Shown: in pieces, positions 51,211-63,550 of the stretch
Layout of the letters: every line of letters starts with the position of its first letter
Position numbering within the stretch: the first letter of the stretch is position 1
From: Leucoraja erinacea
Lineage: Eukaryota
Direction: 5' to 3'
Assembly: GCF_028641065.1 (NCBI RefSeq)
Contig: NC_073389.1
Span: 23,498,001-23,562,000, forward strand
DNA: 64,000 bases
The notes under the pieces: model-generated
Seen by the model: the letters and a program-made list of their open reading frames with translations, nothing else
Database searches by the model: none
Told to the model about the DNA's origin: nothing
Program-made: the position numbers and the translations under genes

Positions 51211-52319
51211 GGTTGTTGTTGTTGGTCGCTCTATTCCAAAGGCCAAGGTGAGATTCCCACAGGTGTTTCCAGCATCAGGGGATCATTCCTGACAGGTAGA
51301 CTTGGCGAACCTTCTTTTACTCACCTTTTTTTTCTCTGTCCAGCTGCTGAGTTAAGAGTACGCACGAGTTAATACAGGAAACTCACGAGTCACTATGGTA
51401 AACTCACGGGCTACTAGGGTATTACAATGAGTTTAAAAGTATCAACATTTTCCTTCAAGAGTATATTTAACTCGTGGAAATCTTTCAACATGTTGAAAAA
51501 TTTTCATGAGTTAATAAGTTTTCAGAGTACCTGCCGTTAGCGTCCACGAGCTCTGACGTCCCGCTACGTTCATTCTACGTGATTACCACGAGTTTGATAT
51601 GTTTTTAACTCGGGATAACTCGTGGGTGGACTCGCACTGTGGGACAGGGGTTTTACATTAAACTGACATTGCACCTGCATTACAAGGTATAATTGGAGAA
51701 TGAAGCCATTGCATTTCATTTGGCGCATTCAATACTCAGGTCGGCCGCAAGCACTTGGATTCATTGGATTAATTTCCCTGCCTTGTAATTGTTTTGCAAA
51801 GTAGTGAACAGTGATGCCTCCCAGCAGGCAGATGATGGCAGCAGGCAGCAGGTAAGCATAAGGCAGATGATGCCTCCCAGCCTCAGTAACCCGGGTTTGA
51901 CCCTGACACCAGGTCCTGTCTGTTTGAAGTTTGCACCATTGCCCTGTGACTGCAATGGGTTTCCCCAGGTGCTCCATCTCCTCCCACGCCCCGAAGACTC
52001 TTAGTCACCTACCTACCTACACAAGATGAAAACACAAGGAACTGCAATAGGCACAAAATGCTCGAGTAACCCAGCGGGTCAGGTAGCATCTCTGCAGAAA
52101 AGAAATAGGTGACATTTCGGGTGGAGACCCTTCTTCGGACTCTGGTGAAAAAGAATAGGTAAAGTCTCGGGTGGAGACCTTCTTGAGACTGAAGAAAAGG
52201 AATATGTGACATTTTGGTCAAGTCCCTTCTTCAGATGCAGATACTGGTTTACACAAAAGGACATAAAATGCTCGAGTAACTCAGCGGGTCAGAAAGGATG
52301 TCTGGAAAACATGGGTAGT

Positions 52320-53200
52320 TCATAAGTTATAGAGCAGAATTAGGCCATTCTGCCCATCGCGTCTACTCCGCCATTCAATCATGGCTGATCTATCTTTCCC
52401 CCTCAACACCCATTCACCTGCCTCTCTCCATATCCCTTGACACCCTTACTAATCAAGAATCTGTCAATCTCTACCTTAACAATATCTATTGACTTGGCCT
52501 CCACAGCTGTCTGTGGCAATGAAATCCATAGATTCACCACCATGCGAATGGGTAACATTTCAGGTTGGGACTCTACTTCAGAACCTAGAAGTAACTAAGT
52601 TGCATCTCCCTGCACATCTAACTAAGTTACATCTAGGGTAGGTATGGTAGACTAAAGAATCACATGGAGAATAAAGGGAACCTGTGAGAAAATAAAATTT
52701 CTGCGTTACAGGTTAGGAAGAGGGGAATGGGATTAATGGGCCAAATGGTCTTTTTCTGTGTTGTAACAAGCGGATGGTGTCTGCTTAGAAGTTTACATGT
52801 TAATGCTCATGTCAGGAGCAGAATTAGGCCATTCGGCCCATTGAGTCTATTCTGCCATTTAATCATGGCTGATCTATCTTTTCCTCTCACCCCATTTTCC
52901 TGCCTTCCCCCCATAACCCTTGGCACCCTTACTTAAGCAAGAATCTGTCAACCTCTTCCTTAAAATTACCCATTGCCTCCACAGCTGTCTGTGGCAAAGA
53001 ATTCCACAGATTCACCACCCTCTGACTAAATAAGGGCATTCGGCCCATCGAGTCTATGCCATTCAATCATGGCGGATCTATCTTTTCCTCTCAACCCCAT
53101 TCTCCTGCCTTCTCCCTATAACCCCTGACACCCTTACAAGTCAAGAATCTGTCAATCCCTGTCTTAAAAATACAGGATGATTTAGTCTCCACAGCCCTGT
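52320..53200 (-). mobile_element. Three CR1 3'-UTR fragments in the same orientation
   Basis: GGCCATTCGGCCCAT...CAATCATGGCTGATCTATC...AAGAATCTGTCAA repeated at ~52320, ~52815 and ~53035. Confidence 0.78.
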
Positions 53201-53627
53201 GGCATGTGGTTTTCCATGTGCTTTAATCGTGTTGACTAATCATTTGTGTGGATCTAAACAAAGGCCTTTTTAGAATCTATTTACACTACTCTGGTTACCC
53301 ATGATCTATTCTGTGGTTGTATCTCATAGAATTACAAAACAGATTAGTGAAGCGTGATTTCCCTTTCATAAATCCACGCTGACTATGTTCATTCCTCCTT
53401 TTTCCTTTCTGTGCGTTCTATTATTACAACCTTGAATATAGATTACCACCACTGACGTTTAGCTAACTGGCCAATGGGCCCTCATTTTCTCTCCTTTCTT
53501 AAATAGTGGCAACACATTAGCTGCAGATTGCATTCCAGAACATTTTGAATTTTGGAATATGATAACATTCATAATCTCTAGAGCCAACTCTTTCAAAGCA
53601 TTGGAAGTGCTTCGATTTTATTGAGGC

Positions 53628-54350
53628 ACAAGGAACTGCAGATGCTTGTTAATGAAAAAGACACAAAGTGCTGGAGTAACTCAGCCGGTCAAGCAGCATT
53701 TCTGGAGAACATGACTAGCTGACTGAAGAAGGGTCCCGAGCCAAAATGACACAGATCCTTTTTCTCCAGAGTAGTCAGGAAAAAGGTCCCGACCTGAAAC
53801 GTCACCCATTCTTTTGCTCCAGAGGTGATGCCTGACCCACTGAGTTACTCCACCACTTTGTGTCCATCTTTGGAATAAACCAGCATCTGCAGTTCCTTAT
53901 TTCTACTGTGAATAGATGACTGTCTGATTGACTGATTGATTGAAAGATACAGCAAGGTAAACAGGCCCTTCGGCCCACCGAATCCATGACGACCATTGAT
54001 CACCCGTTCACACTCATTTTATGTTATCACACTTTCACATCCACTCCCTACACACTCAGGGCAATTTACAGAGGCCAATTAACCTACAAACCTGTACATA
54101 TTTGGGATGTGGGAGGAAACCAGCGCAGCTGTAGGAAACCCACGTATTCACAGGGAGAACATACAAACACCATGCAGATAGCACCCAAGGTCAGGATGGA
54201 ACCCAGGTCTCTGGTGCTGTGAGGCAGTAACTCTACCAGCCATGCCACTGTGCCACCCTTCAGACTGATGAAAGGTCCTGACCTGAAATGTCACCTATTC
54301 ATGTTCTCCAGAGATGATGCTGAGTTACTCCCGCAGTTTGTGACTTTCTT
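53628..54350. mobile_element. Cluster: palindromic Penelope-derived element, minus-strand HE1-like SINE (~53925-54257), solo hammerhead-bearing repeat (~54260-54350)
   Basis: Family motifs as above. 54265-54295 reads CTGATGA-A-AGGT(CCTG)ACCT-GAAA-TG-TC-ACC. Confidence 0.75.
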
Positions 54351-54566
54351 TGATCTCATTAGCTTCTCGTATTATTTTTAAGCAAAACTATCACAAAACT
54401 GCAGATACTCGAAATCTGAAATAAAAGCAGGTGGTGCAAGAGAGTATCAGTAGGTCAGTCAACATCTGTGGAAAGAGAAACAATTCAAGTTTCAGGACCA
54501 GGAACAGTGTAAAGGGAGAAACCAAGTTTGTCTTTCAGTCAGTGCCGGAACCAAGTGTCTTTCAAT

Positions 54567-54830
54567 CAGTGCCGGATTTACCTACAGGTTTGGTAGGCTG
54601 AAGCCTAGGACTTCAATATCTAGGGGGCCTCCGGCCAAGCTGTATAGTTGGAATATTTTTGACTGTCATAGGCCTTTCTTACATATGCTGTCACAACGCA
54701 CTGTAGTCTCTAAACAACCCTTCAGTAACTTTCCTTGCCCTGCTTTTCAGAATAATAGTTTTAAGCCGATAACTCGACACTTGCACTGGCAATAAATAAA
54801 TGTTATTTCATTATCTCATTGGCCACACTC
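54567..54830 (+). mobile_element. hAT-like element end, copy 2
   Basis: Starts CAGTGCCGGATTTAC, a hAT/Tip100-like terminus. No partner TIR found. Confidence 0.6.
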
Positions 54831-55769
54831 AGTTGCACATCGGTGTCAATCTGGTGGCTCCTGGGTCCGGCAAACTTTCACACGTGCTCCAGTAAGCAGT
54901 GATGGAGGGTGCAGGGAACATGTCTGGATACTTGCAGGCTTCAAAAGTCAAAACTCAGGGGTAAGTAGGAAAGTGCAAAGATATTTGAACTAGGAAGTTG
55001 GCAAGGACCAATGCTAGGGGTAGAGCTGATAATCGTAGCTATAAACCTACTGTGTAGTGCTGTGGCTGTCACTGTCAGGTTAGTAGTAAAACAAAGCTTA
55101 TTTGTAGCATCTTTGTTAACGATAGGAAAAAGCTTACTCATTTTGTAAACGGTTTTTGGATACGGATTTGATTCAGATCTGATTCAGATTTTGCAATATA
55201 ATTGTCAATAAGGAACAATTCTTTAAGAAATATTTCCCAAATAGTATACAGAATTTTTTTTTTTAAATCTTCACTCAAGTGGATCCCATTTTGTGAAGAT
55301 TTTCCCCCTTGTTCTCATTGCTTTCAGTAGCAGAGAGAACAAGGGGGAAATTGGTGGAACAATAGGAATAGCTGATAGCATGAGACCAAATGTTGTAACG
55401 TGTCATCTGTTGAATGTGTTGCTCCTGGCATGACTCACCCATGAAAGCAGTGGACTGAGAAGGTGCAACGTTTGCTTACCTCGAGTTTTTTGTAAGCCTT
55501 CACAACCAGCTGAGATTTTTGTTTCTCTTGTCTCTTCCAAAACTCGCCTTAACTGTCAGCCTTAACTAAGCGTCCAGACCCAAAACATCGCCGACCCATT
55601 CCCCCCACAGATGCTGCCTGACCCGCTGAGTTCCACCAGCACTTTGTGTTTTGCTCAAAATTCCAGCATCTGCAGTTGTATGGCTCTTAAAGTGAAAAAT
55701 ATTGGGAAACAGTCAACACCTGATTATTTACAATGCACATTTCAAGAAATGCTTATGATATGCCTGCTT

Positions 55770-56285
55770 TCATAGGTCGGGGCATTGAGTATAAGAGTAG
55801 GAAGTCATGATGCCGCTTTGTAGGATTTTGGTTAGGTAACATTTGGAGTATTGTGTACAGTTCTGGTTGCCCCATTACAGAAAGGATGTGGAGACTTTGC
55901 AAAGGGTGCATAGGAGGTTTCCCAGAACGATGGCTGGATTAAGTGGGTATTAACTACAGGGAGAGTTTTGATAGACTTGGATTATTTTCTCTGTAATGCC
56001 AGAGAGGGTTGTAAAATGATGAGACGTATAGATCGTGTAGACAGTCAGAATCTTGTTCCCAGGATGGAATAATCAAATATAAGGCATAGCTTTCAGATGA
56101 GAGGGGCAATATTTAAAGGAGATGTGCGGAGTAAGTTTTTTACACAATGGGTGGTGAGCTCCTGGAACACACACTGCTGGGGTTGGGGAATGAACCATAT
56201 GCGTTTGTATCATTTAAAATACTTTAAGATAGACATACGAATATGCTGGGAATGGAGGGATTTGGGTTATGTGCAGGTAGATAGG
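55770..56285 (+). mobile_element. Degenerate CR1 LINE fragment
   Basis: Decayed HLEYCVQFWLPHYRKDV and FFTQWVVSSWN motifs. Confidence 0.8.
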
Positions 56286-58415
56286 CAATGGAAGATCGAC
56301 ACAAAATTCAGCGGATCAGGCAGCATCTCTGGAGAAAATAGATTTGGGTTGGAACCCTTCTTTAGACTGAGTGAATGTGCCTATCTTCGGCATAAACCAC
56401 AATCTGCGGTTCCTCCTACACATAGATAAATAACGGCCTGGGAATCATGTTCGGCTCAAACAATGTGGGCTGTGTTCTTGTGCTGTTCTATAAATCCTAA
56501 ATTTGCAGTATCTTTAATGTGGAAATAATCTGTGCAGAGCAGATTCTTCTCCATGTGAAAACATAAGAAGGGAGAGAACAAAATGGTGAATAACCAATGG
56601 CAGTTCCATACTTCCAACAGCAGAGGGTGCTGCCCTACACTCCCGGTGACAGTGAAACCAAACAACCCGCTGGATATTTCAGTTCCCTGAGCCGGATTAA
56701 TCGGCATTCCTTGCATGCCACAGATCAGATCTCAGGAACATGACAGAGTCAAGGTGTGCAGGATGGGAATACGGTGAATCTCTCTCATGGTAATGGGTTT
56801 GTTCAAACCTCCCATTTTATTTCACAAAGCAATGACAAGTCAAGGCAAAGCCATAAGAAGATCAACCTCCAAAGAGCAGTAAGAGTAAAGAGTCTAAATT
56901 AACAGACAATGCTTGGAAACGGATGGCACGATGCATGCAAGGGAAAAACTTGGGAGAAAATTCACTGGAGACCTTTAAACTTTGAACCCCATCTGTGAGT
57001 AATAATCTAAAGTACTCCTGCTGTTTGCAGCGACTGCAAGAGGTATTTGCAGTTATTATTGAAACTGCACATGCACGCAGAATTTGCTTGAATACAAATT
57101 AGACATGTTACAGCAAGCCCCAGGTTGTGGCATATTACCAATGCAAAGTGAATTTATTTCCAATATGACCTGACTCAAACATTTACAACTTATACAAATA
57201 GAGTGCGTGTGCAGGTGTAGCTGTGCAGATGCAATACATTACCAAAACATGTCTTCATACCTGCTTGCAAACAGTACATCTGGAACTAGTGTGATACCTG
57301 CTTGAACTATTGTGATTGGGTAATCGATGGTTGGTGAAGACACAGTGGGCCGAAGGGCCTGTTTCCATGCTATCTCTAAACTAAACTAAGAAGAGAAACA
57401 CGTGGGGGAAGGGACTGCAGGTGTTGATTTAAACCAAAGACAGACACAAAATGCTGGAGTAACTCAGCGGGACAAGCAGCATCTCTGGAGAGAAGGAATG
57501 GGTGACATTTTAGGGTCGAGACTCTTCTCCAGCATTTTGTATCTATCAATAGAGTCTATAGTGTGTGATCAGATGTTGCTTTCTAGATGCAAGACATTAC
57601 CAGATCATGTCTTCATACCTGTTTGCAAACAGTACTGTGGTAATTCAATGAAACTGAAAGATACAGCATGGAAACAGGCCCTTCTGGCCACCAAGTCCAT
57701 GCTGACTATCGGGCAAACATGCACACTATCCCACCTACGCATTCACTCCCTACATACTAGGGGCAATTTACAGGGGCCAATTAACTTAGAGGCCCACACA
57801 TAGTCTTCAGTCTGAAGAAAGGTCTCGACACAAAACGTTACCCATTCCTCCTCTCCAGAGATGCTACCTGTCCCGCTGAGTTACTCCAGCATTTTGTGTC
57901 TATCTAAGGAGGGAAATGCAATGGATTAAGTATCAAATGCTATGACAAAGGTAGTTAAAGTTATGAAAGATTTGTGAAGATTTGAGATAAATCAGAATGA
58001 GACCATAAATATAAGATGATTATTAAAATTTAAGAGAAACTTACTCCTTGTAATAAATGGTTAGAATATGGAATATATACTACAAAAAAGTAGCTGAGGT
58101 AATAAAATAGATGTATTTAAGAAAAGCTTGACTTAAAACCGGGAAAAGAAATAAAAGGACGGTTATGTGATGTAGGCGCAATATGATTAAATGTAAGAAT
58201 GACCTGCATTTATTGATTGACTGATTGAAAAATACGGCATTTGTTTGAAAGATACGGCATGGAAACAGGACCTTCAGCCAACCATCGATCAACCATTCAC
58301 ACTCATTCTATGTTATCCCATTTTCGCAAATGCTCCCTACATTCTAAGGGCAACTAACAGAGACAGCCTGGTCCAGGCACTCACTACCATCTACATAAAA
58401 AACCTGCCTCGTGCA

Positions 58416-59182
58416 TCTATATACTATTAAAACTCTCGTCTTGTTTGTTTGTGGGTGTGCGTGTGCGTGTGTGTGTGTCTGTGATTCATGACCTGAATTA
58501 TGCCAAAACCGGTACACAATAGCACTACAATTTTTGGACCACCTTACTCACCATTGTCCTGTGGTATCAAGTTTTGTTCAGATTTATGTTATATTTTACA
58601 AGTTATTCACATTTTTAATTTTACAATACCCCGCTTTGAAAAAAAATCTTTCATCTGCACTGGTATTTAGGAGCTATGACGTCACAATGGGATCTCATTT
58701 ACATAACCTGCTCGTCAACAGTGTTCCACCCAGTCCAATGAGAGATTTGTTACATTGTTGTAAGGAGAGGGAGCGAGTGGGGGAGGAGAGGAGGAGAAAT
58801 GTTATTTAAACATTGTGTTTAGTGGGGTAGTGCGATAGGGGAGAGGTGAGGAGTGGGGGAGCAGGGAGATAGAGGGAGAGGAGGGGGGTAGGGAGGGGAG
58901 AAGGTTTATAGAGGGAAGGAGTGACTGAGGGTAGGGGAGAGGGAGGGACAGGTGCAGGAGGGAGTGGGGGAGGGGAGGAGGAGAGGGGAAAGAAGAGGGA
59001 GGGTGAAGAGGAGGGGAAGGGAGTGCTGAAGCGTGAGGGGAAATGAGCTGCGCCTGCGCAGTTGGGGGCTATGGGTGAGTGGTAGAATATTGCGTTGAGG
59101 GATCGGGTTGTGTTGGGGGAACGGGTGAGTGGTGGAATATTGCATTGGGGGAACAGGGCCCAACTGGTCCCACTTGGTCTAG
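58416..59182 (+). mobile_element. Non-autonomous Helitron
   Basis: Starts TCTATATA, ends CTAG, imperfect subterminal hairpin GGGCCCAACTGGTCCC, inserted between A and T with no TSD. It splits a CR1 fragment whose uninterrupted form is seen at ~18560-18640. Confidence 0.85.
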
Positions 59183-59954
59183 TCTCCTTTAAACTTTGCC
59201 CTTCTCACCTTAAACCCATGATATGCGTCATTGCAAGGCGATTCTGCACGTCATTTTCTGACCACTCGTTAGTGGCACAACTTAGAGTGACGATATCGAC
59301 TAACCTCTGCTGTACCTTACTGAACTTGAAGAAGGAGCTCTGATTAACTAAAATGAAAATATGAACACTTAAACCGTTTGAAACACCTACAAATAGACTG
59401 TCTGCCTCTTTAAAGTTGTCTCTGTACTGTACACTGACAATGACAATTAAAATTGAATCTGAATCTGAATCTTAAAGATCAGCTGACATGCTTAGGTGGA
59501 ATTGGATGGAATTTGACTGTCACTGGGATGCCAAATAGTCTCGCCTTTCTTTCAGCGTCATAGCAGCCAGTCTGAATCAGCCATTCTGTGTATTGTAGAT
59601 TGCATCACCAATGTGTGGCATTTGATAACTGCTGGTTAGCTTTCTTCGCTGTACTTCCAGCATGTGGACCAGACTTAGGACTTTGGACTTTTCATTTGAA
59701 TATGACGACATTTGTGGGTTGTGCAATAGAATTTCACTGTGCATGTGTGACAACAATAAACCGTTGGACCATTAAACCTATGTCCTCTGGTTCTCGATTC
59801 CCCTGGCCCGGATAAAAGATTGTGAGCATTCACTCCAATCTTTCCCCTTCATAATCTTATGCACCTCCATAAGATCTCCCTCTCTCGGCCTCCTGCGCTT
59901 CGAGGAATGAAGTCCTAGCCTGCCCAACCTCTCCCTGAAGCGCTGGTCTTTATT

Positions 59955-60818
59955 ATAGGTATGTTACAAAACCTACCTGAATCGTCATTGGGAATCTGCC
60001 CTCAGCCATGGCCGCGATTTTGGCGCTGTTTGGAGGGGGCGGGTTTAAAACGCGATTTTTACTAGGCTGTACTAATCGCACATGTTCAGCCTAGTAAATC
60101 ATTAACGAAAAATCGCTGCAAGACCCGGTCGCAAAAGGTATTATTAGTTTTATAGGCCTCGATAATATAGTTCTAATAGTTTAAAATTACTGTTTCATTC
60201 CGCAACCTCTCGCAGCCCCAGGGTTTTATAAAGCAAACAATTAAAGGTATGTACCTTATTTTTACATTAAATGGGGCATATATATAACCCTATATATCAA
60301 GTTATCTATAGCGAGTAGCTCATTTTGGGCTTTTTATATCCCGCAGTATTTTTCTCGGCATTTGAGGGCACTAATCCAGCGCTATGTCAACGTTCTAAAC
60401 CAGCGCGTTCCACATGAACCCACTAGAAAGCCGATTTAAATGGGCATTTATTTACAGCAATTGAACACTAAATTCCTTCCATTTGGCCTATAAATTAATG
60501 TAAATTAGATATAAAAATCATGTTATATTGTGAATTATTTGTGAATAATCTTTGGACATTTAGGCTATTTAAAAATGTTAATCTTTCCTTAAGAAATGGG
60601 CTTTTGACAATCCAAGATCACAGCTTTTTTGTAATGTCCATTGAAAATCAATAGGGAACAAGATGCTAATTTCCGAGTATGAAAATGGTCATAACTTTTT
60701 TAATACTTGAGATATGAAAGTGAATTTGGTGTCAAATTAAACTTATTGTTATGCTTTATCTGATGGGATAAATTGCAGACTTGATTTTTTAAATCTCAAA
60801 ATTTTGTAACATTGCTAT
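59955..60818. mobile_element. Unclassified TIR DNA element immediately upstream of XK
   Basis: Termini ATAGGTATGTTACAAAA and TTTTGTAACATTGCTAT (15 of 17 complementary), flanked by ttatt on both sides. No ORF. Confidence 0.65.
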
Positions 60819-60849
60819 TTATTATTGCCTAATCCATTAACGGATTACA

Positions 60850-61460
60850 TTGAAACATCGGATCCTGGTTTAGACGCAGTGAGGACCAGTGTTGTACATT
60901 GTCCGGGGAGGGCTCCCTTGCTCCCTCTGCTGGAACATCGGCGAATCGATGTATGTGATCGTCGGCGCATCTATCTGCAGACGGGCAGCAAAGAGCATTG
61001 GTGGCCATGGAGACATTCCGTTTCTCCCTCGGCTCTTGAGGCGTTCCTGAACCCTCTTGATTTTTCTCGGGGACGACCGCGTTGAGGATGAAACCACCGG
61101 GAGGGATCTTCGTGTCGGTTTTTCTCTTCGCCGCTGAGATGGTGGCCGCCCTTTACCTGAGCAGCACCTACAAATCCGGCGGGGACAAGATCTGGCAGAT
61201 CCTCACCCTGGTCTTCGCCCTGGTGCCCTCCATCCTGGTCCAGTTCACACTGACCTTCGTCCACCGGGACGTGAGCAGGGACAGGCCACTGGTGCTCCTT
61301 CTTCATCTCCTGCAGCTGGGACCTTTCGTCAGGTAAGGCCTCTCTCTGCACATCAGCCGGAGGAGACCAGCTTGGTGCGGGGTGCGGTAGCAGCGATGTG
61401 ATCCGTGCCAAGCTCCGGGCTCTCTGGGGCGAGGTGCAGTGTATGAAGAGCCGGTGCATG
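60850..61460 (+). promoter_or_regulatory. CpG island over XK promoter and exon 1
   Basis: CpG-rich stretch spanning the XK ATG and first donor. Confidence 0.65.
61088..61332 (+). CDS. XK: XK (Kx antigen, lipid scramblase) exon 1
   Basis: 245 nt from AGGATG to AG|GTAAGG. Encodes [41 protein letters not shown]...[25 protein letters not shown](R), closely matching the XK N-terminus. Confidence 0.93.
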
Positions 61461-61621
61461 CATGGTGTAGGTGCTGCTATCTCTCCTGGTCGATGCATCA
61501 CTGACGTCAATGTTAATGCCAGTGGATGGCAAGCAGCCTGGAGCCAGGATACACAGTCTGTAGAAGGGTCCCGACCCGAAACGAAACCTATCCATATTCT
61601 CCAAAGATGCTGCCTGACCCA

Positions 61622-61775
61622 TATCTCCCTCTATCCCTCTCTATCTCTCTATTTCTCTCTCTCTCTCTCTTTCAATTTATCTCTGTCCCTCTCTCTTCCT
61701 CTCTCTTTCAATTTCCCCCTCTCAATTTCTCTTTCTCTCTCTCTCCCTCTCTCTCTCAGCTGCTCTCTCTCGTCA
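61622..61775. repeat. (CT)n-rich low-complexity tract within a Penelope terminal-repeat copy
   Basis: Pyrimidine tract splitting the repeat at ~61555-61850. Confidence 0.8.
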
Positions 61776-63382
61776 AAGTGCCGAGAGTTATTCCACCACT
61801 TTGTATCCTGTTGTGTAAACCAGCATCTGCAGTTCCTCGTTTCTACACCTCAACTAAAGATGTCAGAAGAGGAAGGATAAAAGGTTCGAAGTTGATGCTT
61901 ACCGCCCGTGAACCCTATTCGCATCACGAATGTACATGTCACATGCAAAGATGTTTGCTGGGGAGGGGGAAGGGGGAAGGGGGGGGGGGGGGGGGGGGGA
62001 TGAGGGGTGTTTCTCGCTTTAGCAGATAACAGGACAGATGGCAGTTATTTCACGGGCAGGATAGACAGGATGGGTGAATTGTGAATGTAACGTCCAGGGC
62101 GAATGATGTCTTTGTGTATCGCGAGGCCACAATGTTCCCGCCCCTGCATTAAATACATGTCTTTGAATTTCACAGACTAATCGGGAGATAAGAACAAAAG
62201 GGTTCACAAATAGATTCTTGAATGTGCATTGAATATCATCAGACACAAATAATACCTTAAAAAGCAACAAAAAGCAGCACTTAACTCCCACATACAAATT
62301 ATTTTCTATTGTTCATTCTCACCATTGAAACCAGCGCAGTGGACCGTAAACCGCAGGTTGAACGGTTATGCACAATCAATGCGGGGGCGAATTCTGCACA
62401 ATGAGTCGGCCCCACCACACCGAAACATTTTGCATTTCACTATCCCCTTGATTTGTTACATTACCGCTAAATATCGGAATTCATTCTATTCTTCCCTCTG
62501 CCAAAGGAGAGGGCACTGTGCCGCCCGTGTTGCAGGAATAATGCTTCAGGGACATAGAGCACCAGTGTCTTTGTCCTAGTTGAAGAATTGGCCGCTAAAC
62601 ATAATCAAATCCAGTCGATATTACCTTGCACCGGTTGAGAAGATGTTTATTATAAATATCTTTATATATTATTAAACAGCAAAATGTATTTATATGACAG
62701 ATCACTGAGAGTGTTTCTGTAAAGGATGAGTTTAATTCGCAAGGAAGCAAAATATTTTGTTATTAGACAGTAAATGTGAAATATCTGTGTTCTGGCAGCA
62801 TCACAGCGCGGGCGTGTATTCCCGCAGCGGCGCCTGTGTGTACGCAGCCACCGCTCTGAGATCACCCAAGTGTATGTAAACGTACAGTTTAATCCCGCTC
62901 ACCGTCGGTTTAATTTCGACCGAACAAGTTAAATCGCCATGAATCCTAAGCAATATTTAATTATTCCCAATGTACGCCATTTTATCGAGGCTGTACATAA
63001 TAAAAGAATGGAGCATCGAACGGTACAGCACAGGAACAGGCCCTATTACCCACAAGGTCTGTACCGAACACGATGCCATTTAAACTAATCTACCCTGCCT
63101 GCACATAATTCATATTCCTCCATGCTTTGTTTATCCATATGCCGATCTAAATAAATCCTTAAATGCCACTAATTTAACTGCTTCCACCATCACCCCTGGC
63201 AGCACGTGCCAGGCACCCACCAATTGTAAAACATTGTCCCACACAAATCATTTAGATTTTGCCCATCTCACCTTAATTATATGGTGAATCTATTTTTCAT
63301 ATTCAAATTGGGGAATAGAATTTGCAGTAAACCGGAGCAATTGGTGACGTTTGGAGTTGAGACTGAAGAAAGGTCTCAACCC

Positions 63383-63550
63383 ATATAACCATATAACATA
63401 TAACCATATAACAATTACAGCACGGAAACAGGCCATCTCGACCCTTCTAGTCCGTGCCGAACACATATTCTCCCCTAGTCCCATACACCTGCGCTCAGAC
63501 CATAACCTTCCATTCCCTTCCCGTCCATATAACTATCCAATTTATTTTTA
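63383..63550 (-). mobile_element. CR1 3' tail inside a Penelope-derived element
   Basis: Near-identical to 30375-30535, with (ATATGGTT)n end. Confidence 0.8.

Noticed and set aside
52100-53200. CRISPR-like repeat array
   Set aside because: Eukaryotic context. The repeats are degenerate retroelement ends with irregular spacing and no cas genes.
60971-62029. ORFs of 160-179 aa around XK exon 1
   Set aside because: They are antisense to the XK exon or run through CT-repeat and Penelope-derived sequence.
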